A stretch of 64,000 nt of DNA from Candidatus Egerieisoma sp. (GTDB lineage Bacteria; Bacteroidota; Bacteroidia; Bacteroidales; UBA932): contig JAZNUM010000058.1 of assembly GCA_045592325.1 (NCBI GenBank), forward strand, positions 834 to 64,833, read 5' to 3'. Below are positions 1 through 9,942 of the stretch, in pieces (within the stretch, counting starts at the first letter, position 1; the number at the start of each line of letters is the position of its first letter). The notes beneath the pieces were generated by a model, which saw nothing but the letters and a program-made list of their open reading frames with translations, did not search any database and was not told the origin of the DNA. Both the position numbers and the translations under genes were made by a program.

Positions 1-1
1 G

Positions 2-460
2 GAGATTCTTACGGAACTTACCAATATGCGCCAGTTCTCAGACCTGAGGGCAGAGAGGAAACTTGAGGTGAGGATATTCAGTTTTTCATACAAGAAAGGT
101 ATTCCTGTAGATACGAGCGGCAACGGAGGAGGTTATGTATTTGACTGCCGTGCCATAAACAATCCTGGGAAATATGACCACTTCAAGCACTTTACAGGCT
201 TGGACAAAGAGGTGATAGAGTTCCTTGAGGAGGACGGAGAGGTTACAAAATTCCTTTCTCATGTATATGAGATGGCAGATGCCCATGTAACACGCTACAT
301 GGAACGCAAATTTACAAACCTCATGTTCAGTTTCGGCTGTACAGGAGGACAGCACCGCTCGGTTTACTGTGCCCAGCATCTGGCAGAGTATCTTGCAAAG
401 AAATACAACATAAGTGTTATCCTGTACCATAGGGAACAGGATATAAAACAGGAGTTTTAA
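2..460 (+). CDS. RapZ-like C-terminal domain protein, 5' end cut by window edge
   Basis: The frame stays open back to position 2. FGCTGGQHRSVYCAQHLAEYL matches the conserved GCTGG(K/Q)HRSVY block of the RapZ/YvcJ C-terminal domain. Stop at 458-460. Confidence 0.6.
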   Translation, partial: EILTELTNMRQFSDLRAERKLEVRIFSFSYKKGIPVDTSGNGGGYVFDCRAINNPGKYDHFKHFTGLDKEVIEFLEEDGEVTKFLSHVYEMADAHVTRYMERKFTNLMFSFGCTGGQHRSVYCAQHLAEYLAKKYNISVILYHREQDIKQEF

Positions 461-465
461 GGATT

Positions 466-1260
466 ATGAGGGCCCTCATTTTTGCAGCAGGTTTGGGGAC
501 AAGGCTCAAGCCAATCACAGACACCATGCCAAAGGCATTGGTGCCGGTGTGCTCAAAACCTTTATTGGGGCATATCATTGACAAACTTAAAAGGAGCGGA
601 TACAATGAGGTTGTGGTGAACCTGCACCATTTTGCAGACAAAATCCGCAACTACGTGGAAGATAACGGCAATTTTGGAATAAAGGTTTTCTTCTCCGACG
701 AGACCGACCTTCTCAGGGAGACCGGAGGCGGCATCAGGCACGCTGCCGCACTTCTGAATGACGGGGAGCCGTTCCTTGTGCACAACGTGGACATTATCTC
801 CAACCTCAACCTGGAGGAGTTCTATGAGGCCCATATGGCAGAATCCATATCTCCGGATACACCGTTGGCAACCTTGCTTGTAAGTGAAAGGGAGACATCA
901 AGGTATTTTCTGTTCGACACAGAAAACAACCTTACCGGATGGATGAATGTTTTGTCGGGAGAAGTGAAATCACCCTTTGAAGAACTAAGGAGGGAACCTT
1001 CTGACAATTTCAACAGCGAAGGGTTCCTCAAGGAATATGCATTGAGGAAACTCGCTTTTGCAGGGGTACACATTATCTCGCCTGCAGTGTTCGGGTTAAT
1101 GGAAAATATGCCTGAAAGGTTCCCTATAGTGGATTTTTACCTGAAAATGGCAGATAAATACATAATAAAGGGTTATGTACAAAAGGGTCTGGAGATGGTG
1201 GATGTAGGGAAACTGGATTCCCTGGATAAAGCTGAAGAGCTTTGCAGAAAGTTTTTATAA
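466..1260 (+). CDS. sugar-1-phosphate nucleotidyltransferase family protein (MurU/GlmU-N-like)
   Basis: N-terminus MRALIFAAGLGTRLKPITDTMPKALVPV is the classic GxGTRxxPxT..K NTP-transferase signature. Starts 6 nt after the upstream gene. Confidence 0.8.
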   Translation: MRALIFAAGLGTRLKPITDTMPKALVPVCSKPLLGHIIDKLKRSGYNEVVVNLHHFADKIRNYVEDNGNFGIKVFFSDETDLLRETGGGIRHAAALLNDGEPFLVHNVDIISNLNLEEFYEAHMAESISPDTPLATLLVSERETSRYFLFDTENNLTGWMNVLSGEVKSPFEELRREPSDNFNSEGFLKEYALRKLAFAGVHIISPAVFGLMENMPERFPIVDFYLKMADKYIIKGYVQKGLEMVDVGKLDSLDKAEELCRKFL

Positions 1261-1266
1261 AAGATT

Positions 1267-3405
1267 ATGAAAGGAACAAATAGCATAAATAAATTGATAG
1301 GATATATGGTGCTTGCGGTTCTATGCCTTGTATTTCAAAGCGTGGAGGCCGGAGCCCAGAATACTGACACACTTGAAACGGCTGCAGATTCTCTGGCAAC
1401 CAATGATTCAACTGCTGTAGTGACATACACAAAAAAGGAATTGAGACAGATGTACAGGGACAGCGTATGGAACTACAAGGACAGTATCCTGAGAAATACT
1501 CCGCGTATCCTGCATACATATGTGTTTGATGACACTACTAAAAACAAGAGGATGTTTTTGTGGAATGCCGATACATACTTCAACAAGCCTGTAAGCATAA
1601 AACCTGACACCACCTTCCACGAGTGGTTCTCCGAACAGCCACACCAAAGATATGATGCAGGAGCCAACTATCTTGGTGTTTCAGGTTCCGCAATGCAATA
1701 CAACAACTGGTTTTTGAGGCCTCACTTCAAGGTATTCCCATTCTTTGACTATTACCTCCCGTATTCATACACCCCGGAGACACTCCCATTCTACAACACC
1801 AAGACCCCATATACCGAATTGGGCTATTGGGGAACATTGTTTGCCAACAAGCAACTGGAAGAAGCCAACATAAGATTCCTGCATACACAGAACTTCACCC
1901 CATCATTCAATGTAAATTTCCTGTACCAGAGATATGGTGCAGCAGGTATGCTTCAAAATGAGAAAACAGACAACAGGACACTCGCTATAACCGGCAATTA
2001 CCTGGGCAAAAGATATGTAGCACAGGGTGGATATATCTTTAACCGTATCAGGAGAAATGAAAATGGAGGAATCTCTGATCCTTCCATGGTCCTGGACACT
2101 TTGGTTGACGCTAAAATAATCCCCGTATATCTGCAGGATGCGCAAAATACGCTCAAGAGGAATACATTCTTCCTCACCCACTCATACGGTATTCCTTTCA
2201 AATTCCTACAAAAGGGAGACTCTTTGGGTGTCAAGGAGGATAATGGGCTTGGAGAAGGTACCATGGCATATATAGGGCACAGTTTTGACGCTTCATTCTA
2301 TTCCAAGAAATACACAGATGAAATCTCCCTTACAGACTCTCTTGGCAGGTCGTTGTACAACAACAAGTTCTACATAAATCCTACCACCAGTGCAGACTCA
2401 ATGAGGGTTTTCAAACTTGAAAACAGATTCTTCATAAATATGCAGCCTTGGGCAAAAGAGGCAATTGTGTCAAACGTTAGTGCAGGAATAGGACACCAGT
2501 ACCTGAGCCTTTATGGCTTTGAACAGCAGTTCTTCCTCCAGGGCAACAGCACTGAGAAGCAGAACAATATGTACATGTACTTTGGGGCAGGCGGCAAACT
2601 GAAAAGATATTTCTCATGGGACGGCATTGGTATATACAACTTTGCAGGGTACTACCAGAATGATTTTTCAATTGAAGGGAAAATGAAGTTCTCCTCATAT
2701 CCCAAGGGGATGAGCCAGGGAATCCACCTTACCGGAAAACTCCATATTTCCCAAGAACGCCCCAACTATTTCTTCAACAACGCATACACAAACCACTATG
2801 TGTGGAAAAATGATTTTGGGAAGACCACCCAAACCAGAATTGAGGCAAAACTGGATATTCCCGACTGGAAAATGGAGGCTTTCTTCGGTTATGCAATGCT
2901 GAAGAACAATACTTATTTTGACTCACTCTCCATTATAAGGCAGAATCCGGAAGCAATGAGTATCCTTACAGCATATCTGAAGAAGGATATCAGACTGTGG
3001 AAATTCCATTTTGAGAACAAAATACTGTTCCAGATTTCATCTGATGAGGAGGTTGTACCGCTTCCAGAACTGGCATTGGACTTGAGATACTATTTCCAGT
3101 TCTGGCTTGTAAAGAATGTCCTTAATGTGCAAGTTGGAGCAAATGCAATTTACACATCCGATTACTATGCACAAGGCTACTCTCCTGCTCTTGGAGTATT
3201 CTACAACCAGAACGTTGAAAAAATTGGAAATACCCCTTATATAGATGCTTTTGTAAACCTTCAGTGGAAGCGTGCCAGCATATTTGTAAAATATGAGAAT
3301 GCTGCACTCGGATGGCCCGACAGCGATTATTTCTCCTCATTCAGATATATCAGGACGCAAAAGGCCCTTAAGTTTGGTATCCACTGGCCGTTTTATGTAA
3401 AATAA
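1267..3405 (+). CDS. secreted outer-membrane beta-barrel protein (Bacteroidota putative-porin type)
   Basis: Signal peptide (LAVLCLVFQSVEAGA). 712 aa rich in aromatic/polar beta-strand-like segments. Aromatic C-terminus KFGIHWPFYVK. Confidence 0.45.
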   Translation: MKGTNSINKLIGYMVLAVLCLVFQSVEAGAQNTDTLETAADSLATNDSTAVVTYTKKELRQMYRDSVWNYKDSILRNTPRILHTYVFDDTTKNKRMFLWNADTYFNKPVSIKPDTTFHEWFSEQPHQRYDAGANYLGVSGSAMQYNNWFLRPHFKVFPFFDYYLPYSYTPETLPFYNTKTPYTELGYWGTLFANKQLEEANIRFLHTQNFTPSFNVNFLYQRYGAAGMLQNEKTDNRTLAITGNYLGKRYVAQGGYIFNRIRRNENGGISDPSMVLDTLVDAKIIPVYLQDAQNTLKRNTFFLTHSYGIPFKFLQKGDSLGVKEDNGLGEGTMAYIGHSFDASFYSKKYTDEISLTDSLGRSLYNNKFYINPTTSADSMRVFKLENRFFINMQPWAKEAIVSNVSAGIGHQYLSLYGFEQQFFLQGNSTEKQNNMYMYFGAGGKLKRYFSWDGIGIYNFAGYYQNDFSIEGKMKFSSYPKGMSQGIHLTGKLHISQERPNYFFNNAYTNHYVWKNDFGKTTQTRIEAKLDIPDWKMEAFFGYAMLKNNTYFDSLSIIRQNPEAMSILTAYLKKDIRLWKFHFENKILFQISSDEEVVPLPELALDLRYYFQFWLVKNVLNVQVGANAIYTSDYYAQGYSPALGVFYNQNVEKIGNTPYIDAFVNLQWKRASIFVKYENAALGWPDSDYFSSFRYIRTQKALKFGIHWPFYVK

Positions 3406-4494
3406 GTGCCTATGGGCAGATTTTGGAGAAACAGATATTTCCAGTACACCCTCACTTTTGTACTAGCGTTCTCCCTTTTCTCATTCCCGAGATGGGAAGC
3501 GGAAAAGTGGGATATCCCTTCCCCTTTACTGTTTGCCGGAGATACCCTCAAATGTTCTATAATGCTCGACAAGACACTCCGCTCCAGCGGATACAATATT
3601 GGGTATCTGTACGAACTGTTCGACAAGTTCAAGCAGCACCAGCGTTGCGAGATAAGCCTTAACATTGTTGAACAGAATGCCATGCAGCAGTGGGTACAAC
3701 TTATAACCGGGAAAATAGACATGCTGGTCCTCAACTCGGAAAGAGATACGGTACCCAACATCTTTGCCGATGAAGTGGTTTCAAGTTCAATCCTCGACAG
3801 CAGGGAGAATGTATGCGTAGTAAAAAAAGACAACTACAATATAGTGCAGACCCTTAACTACTGGTTCCCGTACTTCAAGCAGACCCAGGAGTATAACGAC
3901 ACACGCAGATACCATAAGAGTTACAGGATACAGGACCGCAATGGAGCGCCCATTTCCAGGACAACCATTTCGCCATATGACATTTATGTTAAAAAGTACG
4001 CGCATATTGTTGGCTGGGACTGGAGACTCATATGTTCACTCATTTACCAGGAGTCAAAGTTCAAGATGGGGGTGAGTTCCAGCCGCGGAGCCATAGGACT
4101 GATGCAGATAAAGGAGGCTGTAGCCAAGACATATGGAATAGATGACATTTATAATCCCGAACAGAACATCAAGGCGGGAATTTCGCATCTTGCACGTCTG
4201 CAGAGACTCTACAAACGTGCGGGTGCAGATTCAACAAACCTCATAAAACTCACCCTGGCAGCCTACAATTGTGGCGAAGGGCGTATGGATGATTGTATGG
4301 CACTTGCCAAAGAAAAGGGGCTGGATCCACTTGTATGGGATAATCTGGCAGAAATCATACCTTTGATGAAAGAGGAGGAGCACTACAAAAGTGACGTTGT
4401 AAGACTTGGCAGGTTCAACGGCGGCGAAACCCTCAAATTTGTGGAACTGATACTTGAAAGGTACGGGCAATACTGCCAAACCGTAAAACAATAA
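3406..4494 (+). CDS. lytic murein transglycosylase (SLT domain, MltF-like)
   Basis: SLIYQESKFKMG...GAIGLMQI...AAYNCGEGRM are SLT-domain catalytic Glu-Ser and AYN motifs. Abuts the upstream gene. Confidence 0.8.
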   Translation: MPMGRFWRNRYFQYTLTFVLAFSLFSFPRWEAEKWDIPSPLLFAGDTLKCSIMLDKTLRSSGYNIGYLYELFDKFKQHQRCEISLNIVEQNAMQQWVQLITGKIDMLVLNSERDTVPNIFADEVVSSSILDSRENVCVVKKDNYNIVQTLNYWFPYFKQTQEYNDTRRYHKSYRIQDRNGAPISRTTISPYDIYVKKYAHIVGWDWRLICSLIYQESKFKMGVSSSRGAIGLMQIKEAVAKTYGIDDIYNPEQNIKAGISHLARLQRLYKRAGADSTNLIKLTLAAYNCGEGRMDDCMALAKEKGLDPLVWDNLAEIIPLMKEEEHYKSDVVRLGRFNGGETLKFVELILERYGQYCQTVKQ

Positions 4495-4497
4495 GTT

Positions 4498-5742
4498 ATG
4501 GGACTGAATCTGTTTCTGGCAAAAAGGATAGGAAGCAAGGCTGATGCAACCGGCAGACTCAGCAAAATGGGGAGCAGAATCTCCTTTCTGTCTGTGGCAA
4601 TAAGCATTGCAGTAATTGTTGTAGCCTGCGCCGTTGCCAATGGGTTCAGAAACGAAATACTTGACAAGGCCAGAGGCTATTCAGCCGACATTACACTCGC
4701 AGCCCTAGGGGAAGAGATTACAGGCACATCCAAACCGGTAAACTATCCCCTCTCATACCTGGGGGAACTGGAAAATCTCCCATTTGTCGGGAGTATAAAT
4801 GGAGTTGCATACAGCCAGGGTATCCTGAAGGGGGAGAATGAGATAAGTGGTCTGATACTCAAGGGGGTGGACTCTACATACAACCTTAATTTCTACGAAA
4901 GGCACCTGATTGCAGGAGAGGTGCCCACATTTAAAGGGAAAAGGGCATCAAATGGAATTATGATTTCAAAATCTCTTGCCCAGGCACTCGACTATAAAGT
5001 TGGAGACAAGGCTACAGCATATTTTGCCGGAGAACAGGCGAGGGTGCGCAGATTTGAAATAACAGGAATATTTGACGCACAACTGCAGGAAATAGACAAA
5101 TACCTTGCAATTGCAGACATACGCCAGACAACCAGACTCAACGGATGGAACGGGACAGTATCGGGATATGAAATAATGCTGGAAAAAGGGGTGGAATGGG
5201 GAGAAGAGATATCTGAAGCCCTGGAGGAAACCATATACAGATATACAACTGAAAAAGACACCTCCGTTGCAGCAATATCACTAAAAGAGAAATATTACAT
5301 CTTCTTCGACTGGCTTAACCTCTTGGACCTTAATGTATTGATTATTCTCGCCCTTATGATGGCCGTAGCAGGATTCAACATGATATCGGCACTTCTTATA
5401 ATGCTGTTTGAAAGGATATCACAAATAGGCTTGTTCAAGGCTATGGGAATGAGCAATTCTGCAGTATCCGGGGTATTTCTGACCAAAGCTGCCATAACCG
5501 TACTGCAGGGAATGCTCGCAGGCAACGCTTCCGCACTCCTATTGTGCCTTGCTCAGGAAAAATTGAAGATAATACCACTCGACCCGGAAAATTATTTTGT
5601 ATCCCATGTCCCAATTTCCATTGAATGTGAATCAATCATCCTTATGAACGTTATATCATTTGTGGCAATAATGCTCCTAATGTTGATCCCGACAATTTTC
5701 ATTGGAAAAATAAACCCTGCCACCACAATGCGTGTTAAATAA
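4498..5742 (+). CDS. FtsX-like ABC transporter permease (LolC/LolE family)
   Basis: 414 aa with an N-terminal TM helix, a large extracytoplasmic loop and three C-terminal TM helices (FtsX architecture). Confidence 0.75.
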   Translation: MGLNLFLAKRIGSKADATGRLSKMGSRISFLSVAISIAVIVVACAVANGFRNEILDKARGYSADITLAALGEEITGTSKPVNYPLSYLGELENLPFVGSINGVAYSQGILKGENEISGLILKGVDSTYNLNFYERHLIAGEVPTFKGKRASNGIMISKSLAQALDYKVGDKATAYFAGEQARVRRFEITGIFDAQLQEIDKYLAIADIRQTTRLNGWNGTVSGYEIMLEKGVEWGEEISEALEETIYRYTTEKDTSVAAISLKEKYYIFFDWLNLLDLNVLIILALMMAVAGFNMISALLIMLFERISQIGLFKAMGMSNSAVSGVFLTKAAITVLQGMLAGNASALLLCLAQEKLKIIPLDPENYFVSHVPISIECESIILMNVISFVAIMLLMLIPTIFIGKINPATTMRVK

Positions 5743-5778
5743 ATTGGATGGCTTCTTTGAAACCAGACAAAAAATTCT

Positions 5779-5786
5779 TACATTTG
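5779..5786 (+). promoter_or_regulatory. Bacteroides-type -7 promoter box TACATTTG for tRNA-Gly
   Basis: Matches the TAnnTTTG consensus and lies 12 nt upstream of the tRNA 5' end. Confidence 0.5.
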
Positions 5787-5797
5787 CAATCTCATTT

Positions 5798-5870
5798 GCG
5801 GAAATAGCTCAGTTGGTAGAGCATCAGCTTCCCAAGCTGAGGGCCGCGGGTTCGAATCCCGTTTTCCGCT
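5798..5870 (+). tRNA. tRNA-Gly (anticodon CCC)
   Basis: Folded by hand. Acceptor GCGGAAA/TTTCCGC, D arm GCTC..GAGC, anticodon stem TCAGC/GCTGA with loop TTCCCAA, T arm GCGGG-TTCGAAT-CCCGT. Confidence 0.9.
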
Positions 5871-5881
5871 CAAGAAAACCG

Positions 5882-5908
5882 ACGGATGATGCAAATCATC
5901 CGTTTTTT
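5882..5908 (+). terminator. intrinsic terminator after tRNA-Gly
   Basis: ACGGATGAT-GCAA-ATCATCCGT hairpin followed by TTTTT. Confidence 0.8.
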
Positions 5909-6019
5909 GTATCCGTACGGGACCGATGCAAGCTCGCTTGCAGAAGGGGCCGGATGGATACAAAAAAGGAGGTGCGCCAGCACATCCGGTTTTCTTGAAA
6001 GCGCCCCCGCGGCAAGCGG

Positions 6020-6117
6020 AAAGGGAATGGCGGAGCCCAAATCCCACCGGAGGCAAAGGGAATAGCGGAGTCCAAATCCCACCGAAGGCAAAGGGAATGG
6101 CGGAGCCCAAATCCCGC
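6020..6117. repeat. 35-bp tandem repeat, about 2.8 copies
   Basis: AAAGGGAATGGCGGAGCCCAAATCCCACCGGAGGC recurs with period 35 starting at 6020, 6055 and 6090, with a few substitutions. Confidence 0.85.
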
Positions 6118-6471
6118 ATTTCCCGAGTTCCCCAATTGGCCTACGCCTCCCAACTCTGTTCCTGCAAATCACCGTGGGCACTTACCCCCGCCAAACAGCA
6201 CTCTAGCAAAGGTTACCGCCCACGGCAGAACAATTTTGTTGCACCGTGTGCACATATCCACTCTACAACCACCTACAACAACGTATACTGCCCACGGCGA
6301 ATTGCAGGAACTCGCCAGTATACAATCTGCATCAATTACACGATTTACGTCACTTGCATAGTGTCTGGCAAATACAAGTTCTTATGCAAGATATATTTAC
6401 AGTTTTAAGTAGCCTCACGCAAAATATATGGAAATGCCGGATGTAAAAATCCTCATTGCGGAGAGGAAATG

Positions 6472-7467
6472 TTATGGGAACGGTATCCTAAAGACTTTAT
6501 ATGCTCTTTTCAACAAATTGAAGATTGTGCAATTGCCCTTCAGCACAAAATATAGCATCAGTTTATGGTTATAGTCTTTTGCAAGCCCTAACAGTGATTT
6601 GACATTTCCTTCAATTTCCGGGAAAAGTCTGCTATAATGTTTCTGCGTGTCGCCACCTGTATACATCATGCACCAGTATCTTACTGTCAATTTCCTGAAA
6701 TTCATGTAAGGGGTATATTCCGACAACCCTTTCCGATTCAGGTAATCTGACACACAGCCAACTGAATACAACCAACTTGAAATATGGCTCAGAGAGATAT
6801 TCTTTGTTATGGAATTGGTGTTATACTGCACATAATGGTATACTGCCTCCGGAACATAGGCAATACTTCCGGCCTCTATGCAGGCTTGGACAATAACCGC
6901 ATAATCTTCAGAATTATTATATCCCTCTTTAAGGACTTTTGCACAACTGGCAAGCAACTCACGCCTGACAAGTTTATTCCAAAAATAGACAGAGTTGCCC
7001 ATAATTATTTTTGAAATCATTTTAAACTTATCTGCATCATATGGAGACTTGAGTAAAGTTGTTCTGCCGCTATATTCTTTCACGACATCAGACATCACCA
7101 TATCTGCATCATATTTTTTGGCAGCAACATACAATTGTTCCAAAAAGCAGGGCTCTATATAATCATCCCCGTCTATGTAAATAACATATTCACCTGTAGC
7201 ATTTTCCAACGCAGTAATCCTGGCAGCCGCAACACCTCTGTTTTTCTGATGGGAAAGGAATTTGAAAGAAATATTATCCTTAACTTCCGATATGCTGATC
7301 AAATCCTTTATTTGTCCTATACTGTCGTCTATAGAACAGTCATCAACAACAATAATCTCAACGTTGGAGCAAATTGTCTGCTCCAATAGAGATTTAAAGC
7401 ACTTTGCCACATATTTGCCAGTATTATAAATTGGCACCAGAACACTTATTTCAACCCCTTTCTGCAT
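6472..7467 (-). CDS. family 2 glycosyltransferase
   Basis: ISVLVPIYNTGKYV...IIVVDDCSIDDS...YIDGDDY are GT-A fold GT2 motifs (DxD). Confidence 0.85.
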   Translation of the reverse strand: MQKGVEISVLVPIYNTGKYVAKCFKSLLEQTICSNVEIIVVDDCSIDDSIGQIKDLISISEVKDNISFKFLSHQKNRGVAAARITALENATGEYVIYIDGDDYIEPCFLEQLYVAAKKYDADMVMSDVVKEYSGRTTLLKSPYDADKFKMISKIIMGNSVYFWNKLVRRELLASCAKVLKEGYNNSEDYAVIVQACIEAGSIAYVPEAVYHYVQYNTNSITKNISLSHISSWLYSVGCVSDYLNRKGLSEYTPYMNFRKLTVRYWCMMYTGGDTQKHYSRLFPEIEGNVKSLLGLAKDYNHKLMLYFVLKGNCTIFNLLKRAYKVFRIPFP

Positions 7468-8882
7468 ATCAGTTCATATAAATATGACATTTCATTCCTG
7501 CAAATAAAGAAGGACAAAATGATATAGCCAACTACTCCAGATATTATTCCATATATCAATTTGCAGATTGCAGAATCAAATAGACCCATAATACAAAAAA
7601 CAATGATACCCATAATTACAGATTGGATTGCCACAGGCATAATCTCCTTGAAATGGTTCTTAAGATTCACTTCCGGAAGCACAATCCTGGTAAATCTTGT
7701 TATAATAAAAATATCTGCAAATGAATATATCAGCAATCCGCAGCACATTGCCATTACTCCAGCGGGGATTGTTGCAGCCAAAATGGCAATTGCTGTAATC
7801 TTCTTTATTATCTCCGCCTTGAATGTATACTCACTTTTGCCTTTTGAATTTATCAATACAACAGAAAAATTCATTAATGGATCCCACATATATGCAATGC
7901 ACAATACTTGCATATATGGGACACAATCTATCCATTTATCTGTAAGGACAACCTGGATAAACGGCTCGGCAACTGTTGCCAATCCAATCATCAGAGGAAA
8001 AATGAGATACGATGTGAGTTTTATTGAAGTATAGAATTTTTCGACCAGTTTATCATCATCTTTCTCCTTGCAGAAAACAGGAAACAGTACCCTGTTGACA
8101 AGGGAGGAAATATTATGTGAAAGATAATTGGAGGTAGTCTGTGCCCTATTGTATAATCCAAGTTGAAGAGTATTGTAGACCTTTCCAATAATGGCTGTGT
8201 ACAAATTTGTAAATACCGTATGTATAAGGCCCCCTGCCAGAAGTTTTGAACCATATGAAAAAAGTGTCCTGAAGGATAGCATGGAGAACTCTGGAGATGG
8301 AACCCATCTTACAGAAATCCAAAGTATTACAGTATTTAATGTATTATTCAGCAAAGTCTGCACCACCAAAGACCATACACCATATCCGCCATAAGCCATA
8401 TAGACTGCAACAGCACCGCTCAACAATACGGAGAAGAGCGAGACAAGCGCCTGTTTTCTAAAATTTATATCAATTATAAGAATAGCCCTCTGCACTGTAG
8501 CAAAGGAACTTATAATAAGATTGAGTCCAAACCAGATTATAATTTCCGTAAGCAACGGTTCATTGTAGAAACCGGCAATTAATGGAGCAGCCCACCTCAA
8601 AAGCAGGTAACATATACATGATACAGTCACACTGAAATAAAAGACTGTAGAAAAATCACTCTGCGACCTGTTTTGTTTCTGAATGAGTGCACTGGTGAAT
8701 CCGGAGTCAATGAATGTTTGTGCTATGGCCATAAAGACGGACAGCATAGCTACAAGTCCATAATCTTGAGGAAGAAGTTGTTTTGCAATAATAAAAGAGA
8801 GGACAAATTGTACACCCTGAACAGAGAATCGTTCAATAGCGCTCCACATAACACCAGATATTGCCCTGCTGCCTTTACCCAT
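7446..8882 (-). CDS. wzx: Wzx-type polysaccharide flippase (MOP superfamily)
   Basis: 478 aa polytopic membrane protein. The N-terminus GVMWSAIERFSVQGVQFVLSFIIAKQLLPQDYG is typical of polysaccharide biosynthesis/O-unit flippases. Overlaps the GT2 start by 22 nt. Confidence 0.75.
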   Translation of the reverse strand: MGKGSRAISGVMWSAIERFSVQGVQFVLSFIIAKQLLPQDYGLVAMLSVFMAIAQTFIDSGFTSALIQKQNRSQSDFSTVFYFSVTVSCICYLLLRWAAPLIAGFYNEPLLTEIIIWFGLNLIISSFATVQRAILIIDINFRKQALVSLFSVLLSGAVAVYMAYGGYGVWSLVVQTLLNNTLNTVILWISVRWVPSPEFSMLSFRTLFSYGSKLLAGGLIHTVFTNLYTAIIGKVYNTLQLGLYNRAQTTSNYLSHNISSLVNRVLFPVFCKEKDDDKLVEKFYTSIKLTSYLIFPLMIGLATVAEPFIQVVLTDKWIDCVPYMQVLCIAYMWDPLMNFSVVLINSKGKSEYTFKAEIIKKITAIAILAATIPAGVMAMCCGLLIYSFADIFIITRFTRIVLPEVNLKNHFKEIMPVAIQSVIMGIIVFCIMGLFDSAICKLIYGIISGVVGYIILSFFICRNEMSYLYELICRKGLK

Positions 8883-8970
8883 TACGTTACTCTATTATAA
8901 TTTCTATCTCAATACTGCAAATATAGTGCTAAATCTACAATTATTGCATGATTCTTCCTATTTTTGCCAC

Positions 8971-9858
8971 ATGGAAAACAAAGCATTCATTATAAGGAAA
9001 CTGGTTGCTGGGGCAGCATATCCGAATGGTGCCGGGGGAGATCCACATATACATCCCGGCAGGGAAGGCTGTATGGGGCATAATCCCTACCACCACGGAA
9101 GCATATCTCCTACCCGTTCCCCCATGCATTATTTCTTTTTCCTGATAAAAGGTACGGTACTTGTTGAGATAGGAGGTAAAACTTACCTGGTAAAAGAACA
9201 CGAACTGGTTATAATTCCGTCGGGACAAATGTTTTCCATAAAGTACTTTGAAAATGCAGAAGGTTACATGGGAGGGTTTGGAACAACATTCATTTCAGGG
9301 ATAAATACAACGGAAAATGCTTTTGCAAAATATGATTTCCTGAGAATCTGGGGCTCTCCAAAAATTGAATTGGGGGAAGAGGCTTTTTCCCGACAGGTAC
9401 CCCTGTTTGACCGCATTTACGAAGAGTCCGTTTCCGGGAATCCCAATCCGGAGATTATCCGGGCCTACATTACTGTAATCCTCACAGAGGCAGACATCAT
9501 ATACAGGAACACCATCAGGGAAGTCACCAACCATAACAACAGCATCTGCAACAGATTCCTCAACGAACTGTTCAAGGAGTCTGCAAATCAGGCAAAACTT
9601 TCAGTAAACGGATATGCAGACAAACTGGGGGTAACCCCCAACCACCTTAACAAGGTTGTAAAGGGGACAACAGGCAAATCGCCTTCAGTTTGGATTAAGG
9701 AGACCATAATACAGGAAGCCAAACTTCTGCTCAAGAAAACAGACCTCCCGTTAAGTGAGATTGCAGCACGGGTTGGAATACTGGACCAATCCTATTTTGC
9801 CCGCAAATTCAAGCAGCACGAAGGAATTACCCCATCTGAGTACCGGCAAAATGATTGA
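8971..9858 (+). CDS. AraC family transcriptional regulator
   Basis: C-terminal double HTH (VNGYADKLGVTPNHLNKVVK...LSEIAARVGILDQSYFARKFKQHEGITPSEYR). Start chosen at MENKAF; an upstream ATG at 8926 is also possible. Confidence 0.85.
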   Translation: MENKAFIIRKLVAGAAYPNGAGGDPHIHPGREGCMGHNPYHHGSISPTRSPMHYFFFLIKGTVLVEIGGKTYLVKEHELVIIPSGQMFSIKYFENAEGYMGGFGTTFISGINTTENAFAKYDFLRIWGSPKIELGEEAFSRQVPLFDRIYEESVSGNPNPEIIRAYITVILTEADIIYRNTIREVTNHNNSICNRFLNELFKESANQAKLSVNGYADKLGVTPNHLNKVVKGTTGKSPSVWIKETIIQEAKLLLKKTDLPLSEIAARVGILDQSYFARKFKQHEGITPSEYRQND

Positions 9859-9909
9859 TTTATCCTAAATCATGCATCCTTCTTAACATTTTCCGACAAC
9901 AGTATACTG

Positions 9910-9917
9910 TACATTTG
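9910..9917 (+). promoter_or_regulatory. -7 promoter box TACATTTG upstream of the TonB-dependent receptor
   Basis: TAnnTTTG match 26 nt upstream of the ATG at 9943. Confidence 0.45.
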
Positions 9918-9942
9918 CAATCAAAACAGATATTAGACAAAT

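Noticed and set aside
5926-6408. 160-aa ORF downstream of tRNA-Gly.
   Set aside because: It reads straight through the 35-bp tandem repeat, is Pro/Lys/Gly-rich and low-complexity, and overlaps ORFs in other frames. The region is treated as non-coding.
5798-8925. Integrated element or prophage at tRNA-Gly.
   Set aside because: There are no integrase, transposase or phage genes and no convincing duplicated att copy of the tRNA 3' end. Only weak similarity exists within the 35-bp repeat, and this is kept as a low-interest finding.
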